Origin: an uncultured bacterium
GTDB lineage: Bacteria > Schekmanbacteria > GWA2-38-11 > J061
Reading direction: 5' to 3'
Length of the DNA stretch: 12,522 nucleotides
NCBI GenBank assembly: GCA_964549305.1
Contig: CAZJVM010000072.1
Span: 1-12,522 of the forward strand
Shown here one piece after another: positions 6,876-12,522 of the stretch. The position numbers and the translations under genes were made by a program. Positions within the stretch are counted from its first letter, which is position 1; every line of letters begins with the position of its first letter. The notes below the pieces were generated by a model. That model searched no databases and was not told the origin of the DNA. It saw only the letters and a list, made by a program, of their open reading frames with translations.

Positions 6876-8387
6876 TTATCCCTTCCTCGAAGCATAGGCG
6901 TAAAACGTTTTTCCGTCCCTGAATATGAGAAAAAGAAAATTATTTTCCTTTGGAGAGTCGCTCATAATTTCATAGAATGAATTCTCGTCAACCACTTCTC
7001 TGCGGTTAAGCTCAACTATGATATCACCTTCGCTTACCATCGCTCTGTAACCGATGCCCCCCTCCTCTACGGATTTAACTTTAACTCCCGCAATCTTCCT
7101 CTCTCCTGCTCTTATATATCCGACAGGAAGGTTTTCTACGGTTACCCCGAGCAAATTGGTCATATCCGTGGAAGACCTTATAATGAATCTCCTCGATATT
7201 TCTTCGGGTGTAACTTCAAACCTTTTTTTCTCAATGCCCCTGAGCACATCGATTTCCTTTTCCTCATTTGGAAGGGATTTTTCAATCTGTGAATAAAGAT
7301 TTCGGCACGTATCTATTTTAATCCCCGCGAATCCCGTTATGATGTCACCTGTCTTTATTCCTGACCTTTCAGCCGGGCTTCCCAAAACCACATCACCTAC
7401 AAGCACGCCGTATTCTTTCGAAAGACCGAGACTTTTCGACATCAGCTTGTCAACGGGCTGAATTCGTATGCCCAACCAGGACTGCTTTGTGGATACGGAA
7501 GGAATGATTTTACTTATCACTCGCTTTACTCTGCTTACGGGAATGGCGAAACCGATACCTGTTCCGTTCGCTATAATAGCCGTATTTATCCCTATCACTT
7601 CTCCGTTGATGTTAAAGAGCGGACCGCCGCTGTTTCCCGGATTAATTGAGGCATCGGTCTGAATAAATGTATGCACAGGGTCAAGTCCGATTATTCTCCC
7701 CTTCGCGCTGACAATTCCCGCGGTAACGGAATGGCTCAAACCGTAGGGATTGCCTATTGCAACGACCCATTCCCCAACATTAAGAATATCCGAATTTCCA
7801 AGCGGCACGAAGGGAAACTCCTTGTCTGAAGAAATCTTTAAAAGCGCTATATCGTTGTCCGCGTCGCGCCCCACAATCTGCGCTTCATACACTTTTGAGT
7901 CGTAGAATGTAACATCTATCTTTGTCGCTTCGCGGATAACGTGGTTGTTTGTAAGGATATATCCTTCAGGATGAATAACAAATCCCGAACCGAGATTCAC
8001 TCTCTTGTAATATTTGCCTTTGTCGTTGCCGTCAAAATTTTCCAGAAGGTCATCATATGGAGTTCCCTTCTCCTCCTTTTCACCTCTGTTACTCCGATAC
8101 TGTCCGCCAAACCCTTCTATCTCTCCGGTAACAAGTATGGTGTTTATATTTACTATTGCCTTGTAGAAGTTTTTTACCAGCGGCACAAGCGAGACAGGCC
8201 TGTTATTGTTATTGAGTTTTACAAGAGGGACAGGGTTGTCGAGCTCGCTCCACTTTTTGGAATTTCCGTTATCATCCCTGAAGTCACTGCCAAGACCGGT
8301 CCAGAGAATAGCAATAAAAGCGGCAAGGGCGACAAACATTAAAATTGAAAAGCTTTGATGTGGTTTATTTGAAATATTATTTTGCAC
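6876..8387 (-). CDS. htrA: HtrA/DegP/DegQ (Do family) serine endoprotease with two PDZ domains
   Basis: N-terminal TM, LGSGFVI...GYILTNNHV (His), DIALLK (Asp), FIQTDASINPGNSGGPL (Ser), GIGFAIP, PDZ1 (WLGIRIQ...SPAERSGIKTGDII) and PDZ2 (LLGVTVE...GDIIVELN). The GTG start overlaps the thiC stop by 11 nt; ATG 8339 is an alternative. Confidence 0.93.
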   Translation of the reverse strand: MQNNISNKPHQSFSILMFVALAAFIAILWTGLGSDFRDDNGNSKKWSELDNPVPLVKLNNNNRPVSLVPLVKNFYKAIVNINTILVTGEIEGFGGQYRSNRGEKEEKGTPYDDLLENFDGNDKGKYYKRVNLGSGFVIHPEGYILTNNHVIREATKIDVTFYDSKVYEAQIVGRDADNDIALLKISSDKEFPFVPLGNSDILNVGEWVVAIGNPYGLSHSVTAGIVSAKGRIIGLDPVHTFIQTDASINPGNSGGPLFNINGEVIGINTAIIANGTGIGFAIPVSRVKRVISKIIPSVSTKQSWLGIRIQPVDKLMSKSLGLSKEYGVLVGDVVLGSPAERSGIKTGDIITGFAGIKIDTCRNLYSQIEKSLPNEEKEIDVLRGIEKKRFEVTPEEISRRFIIRSSTDMTNLLGVTVENLPVGYIRAGERKIAGVKVKSVEEGGIGYRAMVSEGDIIVELNRREVVDENSFYEIMSDSPKENNFLFLIFRDGKTFYAYASRKG

Positions 8388-9687
8388 TCTTGAGTTTCGT
8401 TTCTTCAGGTTTGTTTTCCTTCATTGAGCAGAAGACTCCGCACATTGTACATACATCGGGCGAGTGCGGAAGTGATGATTTTCTCATTGAAGACGCTTTT
8501 TCGGGGTCGATTGAAATTTCAATCTGCTTCTCCCAGTCAAGGCGCTTTCTTGCGGCAGCCATTTCATTATCCCGCTCGATTGCACCCTTCTTCCCCTTTG
8601 CAATATCCGCCGCGTGCGCGGCAATACGCGCCACTATTACGGCTTCCCTCACATCTTCAACCGTGGGAAGCCTCAAATGCTCGGAAGGCGTTACATAGCA
8701 AAGGAAATCCGCTCCGCACATTCCGGCATAGGCGCCTCCGATTGCCGAAGTTATATGGTCATAGCCCGGCGCGATATCGGTAACAAGAGGGCCAAGCACA
8801 TAGAAAGGCGCTCCGTTGCAAAGCTCCTTCTGAAGTCTGATGTTCGTCTCGACCTGATTCAGTGGAACGTGTCCGGGACCTTCAATCATCACCTGTACGC
8901 CTTCTTCAAATGCTTCTTTACCGAGTTCTCCGAGATGGACTAATTCCTGCACCTGCGGTCTGTCCGTGGCATCGGCAAGGCAACCGGGTCTCAATCCGTC
9001 TCCGAGGCTGATTGCGGCATCGTATTTTTTAAGAATATCGATGAGCCGCCCGTAATCTTCGAAAAAAGGATTTTCGCTTTCGTTATGCTTCATCCACTTT
9101 GCGAGGATTGAACCGCCTCTGCTCACAATTCCGGTTATTCTTCCGCTCGTCTCCAGTGATTCAAGAGTGCGCATTGTAATGCCACAGTGAATAGTAAGAA
9201 AATCCACGCCCTCTTCGAGCTGTTCTTCTACGCAACGGAAGAAATCCTCCTTCTTTATCTCCATAATGGAATTTTCTTTTTCAAAAGCATCGACTGCGGC
9301 AAGATAAATAGGCACAGTGCCTACCATAACAGGGCTTTCCGCTACTACCCTTTTTAGAGTTTCTCTGGCATTTTTTCCTGTGCTCAAATCCATAATGGAA
9401 TCCGCTCCCGCAAGTGCGGCAACTTTTGTCTTTTCGACTTCATCTTCCACATCTTCCCTTTCGGGTGAAGTTCCGATGTTTGCGTTAACCTTTGTAAAAA
9501 GCCCTTTCCCAACACCTCTGGGATTGATTTTCCCTGCTCGTTTGTTGTTCACGGGAATGATTGCCACGCCGGACAATATACTTTCGGCAAGCTCGTCAAG
9601 GGAAACTCCTTCATAAAGCGCGGTGGTTTTCATCTCCTCCGTCACTTCCCCGTTTCTAACTTTTTCTATGAGAGTTTTCATTTTCAA
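8377..9687 (-). CDS. thiC: Phosphomethylpyrimidine (HMP-P) synthase ThiC, short form, radical SAM
   Basis: KVNANIGTS, IMDLSTG, GTVPIY, TIHCG, GIVSRGGS, SLGDGLRPG, MIEGPGH, PFYVLGPLVTDIAPGYDHI, LCYVTPSEHL and the C-terminal CTMCGVFC Fe-S motif. Lies within a thi cluster. AAGGA SD is 7 nt before TTG 9687; ATG 9681 is an alternative. Confidence 0.94.
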   Translation of the reverse strand: MKMKTLIEKVRNGEVTEEMKTTALYEGVSLDELAESILSGVAIIPVNNKRAGKINPRGVGKGLFTKVNANIGTSPEREDVEDEVEKTKVAALAGADSIMDLSTGKNARETLKRVVAESPVMVGTVPIYLAAVDAFEKENSIMEIKKEDFFRCVEEQLEEGVDFLTIHCGITMRTLESLETSGRITGIVSRGGSILAKWMKHNESENPFFEDYGRLIDILKKYDAAISLGDGLRPGCLADATDRPQVQELVHLGELGKEAFEEGVQVMIEGPGHVPLNQVETNIRLQKELCNGAPFYVLGPLVTDIAPGYDHITSAIGGAYAGMCGADFLCYVTPSEHLRLPTVEDVREAVIVARIAAHAADIAKGKKGAIERDNEMAAARKRLDWEKQIEISIDPEKASSMRKSSLPHSPDVCTMCGVFCSMKENKPEETKLKSAK

Positions 9688-9759
9688 AAATTATTCCTTC
9701 TTGAAGTCTTAATTAGAGGATTTACAACGTTATCCATAGCATTTTTTATAAAATAAATC

Positions 9760-11100
9760 CTACAATTTTAAAAGTTTCTTTATACGGACTATTTTTTGAG
9801 CCGCTTCTTCCGAGCTTTTCCCGAACACGCGCACCATTGCCTCCTTGCCCTCTCCGCCCTTGTCAAAGATTATGTCAGGAACCCTGCCTCTCTTTGAAAC
9901 AACGGAGTCAACACCCCAGTCAAGAGACCTGCCTTCTTTCGCTCTTAATTTTTTTGGTTCGTTTTTTCTGCTGAATTCCGCGATATCGAGCTTCGCTTTC
10001 CTGCACGCGGAAATTACTGCCGGAGAATACTTTATATTGATTGCGCCCAACATTGATTTGTCGTATTTTCTCGCAGAGAGCAAAACCCTTGCCATATGTC
10101 TGGACGCGCCGAATTCCGCCTGCGACACTTTATGAATTGTATCGCCAGTGGCAATGATTCTGCCCGGAAATCCCGCGACATCACAGATGGAGACGGCATT
10201 TCTTTTTGCCGAAACTATGTTCATCTGCACCTCTGGAATCAGCGCGCCGATTGCCTTTGCCCTGAGGAGTTTAAAAGCATCTTCCGCGTCGCATATCGCC
10301 TCAAATGACATCGCCTCATCGGCAACCCACGAAGATGTGTCAGGCGAGCTTTGCCCTTTGCCTATATCTTCGGCATTGATGAGAGATTTTTCTATAACCC
10401 CTTTTGCGTTTTTAATCGAGTCTTCAAGAGAAAACTCCATAGCAAGAAATGATGCAATCAAAGCCGAATAGGCGCAACCTATGCCGTGAGTGTTTTTTGT
10501 TATGACCCGCGCACCTTCGAATATTTCAAAACTCCTGCCGTTGTAAAGTATGTCAACGGGATTCCCGCCGAGATGTCCGCCTTTTACCAGGACACAGCGC
10601 GCGCCCATTTTTCTGATTGCCCTTGCCGCCTTTTTCATATCATCGACAGTCCTTATTCGCATTCCCGAAAGAAGTCCCGCTTCGTCAATATTCGGAGTTA
10701 CAACTTTGCACAGGGGAAAGAGCATTTTTACAAGAGTCTTCACGGCATCTTTTTTTAAAAGCGTATTCCCACCCTTTGAAACGGTAACAGGGTCAATGAC
10801 AAAATTTCTAATTTTTGCGCTTTTAATTTTGCGGGCAACTGTTTCTATGAGAGAAGAAGAATAAAGCATCCCGGTTTTAACTGCATCGAATTTTATATCC
10901 GAAAGCACAGAGTCAATCTGGCTTGCCACGACATCGTCAGGGATGGCGAATATACTCTTTATTCCCATTGTATTTTGCGAAGTTACGGCAGTTATTACAG
11001 AAGCGCCATATCCTCCCAACGAATGAATGGCGCGAAGGTCTGCCTGAATCCCCGCGCCCGCGCAGGAATCGGACCCGGCAATAGTCAAAACTTTAAACAT
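9760..11100 (-). CDS. thiD: Bifunctional ThiDN: HMP/HMP-P kinase (ThiD) fused to a C-terminal ThiN-type thiamine-phosphate synthase domain
   Basis: The N-terminal ~260 aa have VLTIAGSDSCAGAGIQADL, TSQNT, VKTGML, VIDPV, VTPNIDEA, VKGGH and NTHGIGC. The C-terminal ~185 aa have IPEVQMN, DVAGFPGRI, FGASRHMAR, AINIKY, EGRSLDWG and PDIIFDKGGEGKEAMVRVFG, the ThiN pattern. Confidence 0.93.
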   Translation of the reverse strand: MFKVLTIAGSDSCAGAGIQADLRAIHSLGGYGASVITAVTSQNTMGIKSIFAIPDDVVASQIDSVLSDIKFDAVKTGMLYSSSLIETVARKIKSAKIRNFVIDPVTVSKGGNTLLKKDAVKTLVKMLFPLCKVVTPNIDEAGLLSGMRIRTVDDMKKAARAIRKMGARCVLVKGGHLGGNPVDILYNGRSFEIFEGARVITKNTHGIGCAYSALIASFLAMEFSLEDSIKNAKGVIEKSLINAEDIGKGQSSPDTSSWVADEAMSFEAICDAEDAFKLLRAKAIGALIPEVQMNIVSAKRNAVSICDVAGFPGRIIATGDTIHKVSQAEFGASRHMARVLLSARKYDKSMLGAINIKYSPAVISACRKAKLDIAEFSRKNEPKKLRAKEGRSLDWGVDSVVSKRGRVPDIIFDKGGEGKEAMVRVFGKSSEEAAQKIVRIKKLLKL

Positions 11101-11719
11101 TGTCTATAATACCTCTCAAATTCTCAGCCGCCTTTCGCGGATTATCCGACGCGGTTATGGCTCTGATGACCGATATGCCATCTGCGCCCGATTTAATAAC
11201 CTCCCTGCAGTTGCTTTCGTCGATACCGCCAATTGCCGCAAGAGGCATCTCGATACTCGCTTTGACCTCTTTTATCCCCTCAACGCCTCTTGCATCGAGA
11301 ATACCCGCTTTGGAAGGCGTATCGAAAACAGGACCGAATGAGATATAATCGACTCCCTCATCGGCGCACTTTGCCGCGTCTTCAATACTGTGACAGGAAA
11401 CTCCCACAATCATCGAATACTGCCTTGCAATGCCCAACGCTTTTTCAATGGGTATCGATTTCCATCCGAGATGTATCCCGTCGGCGCCCGCTGAGATTGC
11501 TGAATCAATCCTGTCATTTACAATAACCTTCGCTTTATTGCCTGTTCTCTTTTTTACTGCGACTGCCATTTCATAAACCTCTTTTGCCGTTAAGTCATTC
11601 TCCCTTATCTGTACCGCGTCAACTCCGCCTTCAACTGCCTCTTTGACAACATCGACAATATTTCTCTTCGATGCTTTCCTGTCAGTTACAAGACAGAGCG
11701 TAAAAGGGATATTCCGCAC
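11093..11719 (-). CDS. thiE: Thiamine-phosphate synthase / TenI family (TIM-barrel) protein
   Basis: LCLVTDR, VQIREND, IVNDRID, ADGIHLG, GVSCHS, DYISFGPVFDTPSK, AIGGI and GISVIRAI. The ORF-track start (11818) lies inside thiG. GTG at 11719, 4 nt after the thiG stop and 8 nt after AGGA, gives a family-sized 208 aa. The family is well supported, but ThiE versus TenI function is uncertain. Confidence 0.85.
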   Translation of the reverse strand: MRNIPFTLCLVTDRKASKRNIVDVVKEAVEGGVDAVQIRENDLTAKEVYEMAVAVKKRTGNKAKVIVNDRIDSAISAGADGIHLGWKSIPIEKALGIARQYSMIVGVSCHSIEDAAKCADEGVDYISFGPVFDTPSKAGILDARGVEGIKEVKASIEMPLAAIGGIDESNCREVIKSGADGISVIRAITASDNPRKAAENLRGIIDNV

Positions 11720-11723
11720 TTCT

Positions 11724-12506
11724 TCAATCCTGCCCGATAATATTGTCAACAGGGCTCGATGCCGTGGCGTATAGTTTTTTCGGAATTCTTCCCGCAAGAT
11801 ATGCAAGTCGTCCCGCATTGACCGCGTTCTTCATCGCCTCTGCCATTAAAAGCGGCTTTTTCGCGCCTGCGATACCCGTATTCATGAGCACGCCGTCGCA
11901 TCCCAACTCCATTGCAAGCGCGGCATCAGATGCTGTGCCCACACCTGCGTCAACAATGACGGGGACTTTCACAGTCTCCATTATTATCTTGATATTGTAG
12001 GGATTTCTTATTCCAAGCCCCGACCCTATGGGCGCTCCGAGAGGCATCACCACCGAAGCTCCCGCGTCTTCAAGTTTTTTTGCCATAATCGGGTCATCGT
12101 TCGTGTAGGGCAGTACTGTAAAACCTTCTTTGACAAGTATCTTAGTTGCCGAAAGGAGAGCTTCATTGTCGGGGAAAAGCGTTTTCTTATCGCCTAACAC
12201 TTCAAGCTTGACCATATCCGAAAGTCCCGCTTCTCTGCCGAGACGCGCTGTGCGAAGGGCATCCTCCTCATTAAAACATCCCGCAGTATTGGGAAGAATG
12301 GTGTATTTATCCCTGTCTATGTAATCGAGGAGCGATTCCTTTGATGAGTCGTCAATGTTAACTCTGCGCACTGCTACCGTTACAATGTCCGCGCCTGAAA
12401 TCTCGAGCGCTTTCTTTGTCTCTTCAAAGCTTGCATATTTCCCCGTGCCTACAAAGAGACGCGATTTAATCTTTTTTCCTCCAAGCACCAAAACATCTTC
12501 TTCCAT
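11724..12506 (-). CDS. thiG: Thiazole synthase ThiG
   Basis: [24 protein letters not shown], Schiff-base Lys motif [32 protein letters not shown] and ASSP. AAGGAG SD upstream of the ATG. Confidence 0.97.
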   Translation of the reverse strand: MEEDVLVLGGKKIKSRLFVGTGKYASFEETKKALEISGADIVTVAVRRVNIDDSSKESLLDYIDRDKYTILPNTAGCFNEEDALRTARLGREAGLSDMVKLEVLGDKKTLFPDNEALLSATKILVKEGFTVLPYTNDDPIMAKKLEDAGASVVMPLGAPIGSGLGIRNPYNIKIIMETVKVPVIVDAGVGTASDAALAMELGCDGVLMNTGIAGAKKPLLMAEAMKNAVNAGRLAYLAGRIPKKLYATASSPVDNIIGQD

Positions 12507-12522
12507 CTCAATCTCCTTACAT

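Noticed and set aside
8377..9687. Alternative call as BzaA/B/F (anaerobic benzimidazole synthesis)
   Set aside because: The gene is embedded with thiG, thiE-like and thiDN, and has no cobalamin genes nearby. ThiC is the more parsimonious call.
9688..9761. Possible TPP riboswitch or operator upstream of thiC; 8-bp inverted repeat AGGATTTA/TAAATCCT; DnaA-box-like TTATCCATA
   Set aside because: The spacer is only 72 nt, AT-rich, and lacks the TPP core motifs (CUGAGA, ACCUG, GCGUAGGGA). An 8-bp repeat with a 29-nt gap and a single mismatched DnaA box are expected by chance. Any riboswitch would lie upstream of thiG, outside the window.
5623..11102. Identical CAATGTTTAA start/stop overlap at both the ftsE/ftsX (5623-5632) and thiE/thiD (11093-11102) junctions
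   Set aside because: ATG-NN-TAA 8-nt overlaps are a common translational-coupling geometry, so only a few bases are free. Coincidence is the simplest explanation.
11720..11818. N-terminal extension of the ThiE-family ORF overlapping thiG by 95 nt
   Set aside because: The extension is an alternative reading of the conserved thiG 3' end. GTG 11719 has an SD and gives the normal family length.
270..12324. Numerous plus-strand ORFs of 60-135 aa in the ORF track (e.g. 424-789, 5717-6043, 7941-8342, 8345-8698, 10148-10471)
   Set aside because: All lie antisense to well-supported conserved genes and have no recognisable motifs; they are typical shadow ORFs.
12507..12522. Possible ThiS-ThiG fusion or upstream thiS, since the thiG frame is open to the window edge
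   Set aside because: Only 16 nt are visible, and a strong AAGGAG SD precedes the ATG, which supports a stand-alone thiG. The upstream gene cannot be identified.

Overview
Bacterial core-chromosome region with 12 intact CDSs, 11 of them on the minus strand. I saw no mobile element, CRISPR array, rRNA or tRNA. Reading in the direction of transcription (right to left), there is a thiamine biosynthesis cluster: thiG, a ThiE/TenI-family gene, a thiD-thiN fusion and a short-form thiC. It runs directly into a DegP/DegQ-type protease gene. Next is a single plus-strand orphan encoding a small single-pass membrane protein. Then comes the cell-division/envelope cluster ftsE, ftsX, envC-like (degenerate M23), ctpA (S41) and a divergent polysaccharide deacetylase, followed by a LarE-family sulfur transferase. 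The most notable points are: (1) an archaeal-type ThiDN fusion sits beside a ThiE-fold protein lacking canonical pyrophosphate/Mg2+ ligands, which suggests a hybrid ThiG + TenI-like + ThiN pathway; (2) a ~107-nt rod-like, strand-specific (G-U-rich) RNA hairpin fills the ctpA-deacetylase spacer; (3) LarE has the CxxC...C [4Fe-4S]-type signature; (4) the orphan membrane protein is divergent from ftsEX. All family calls come from motif recognition by eye; no database searches were run.
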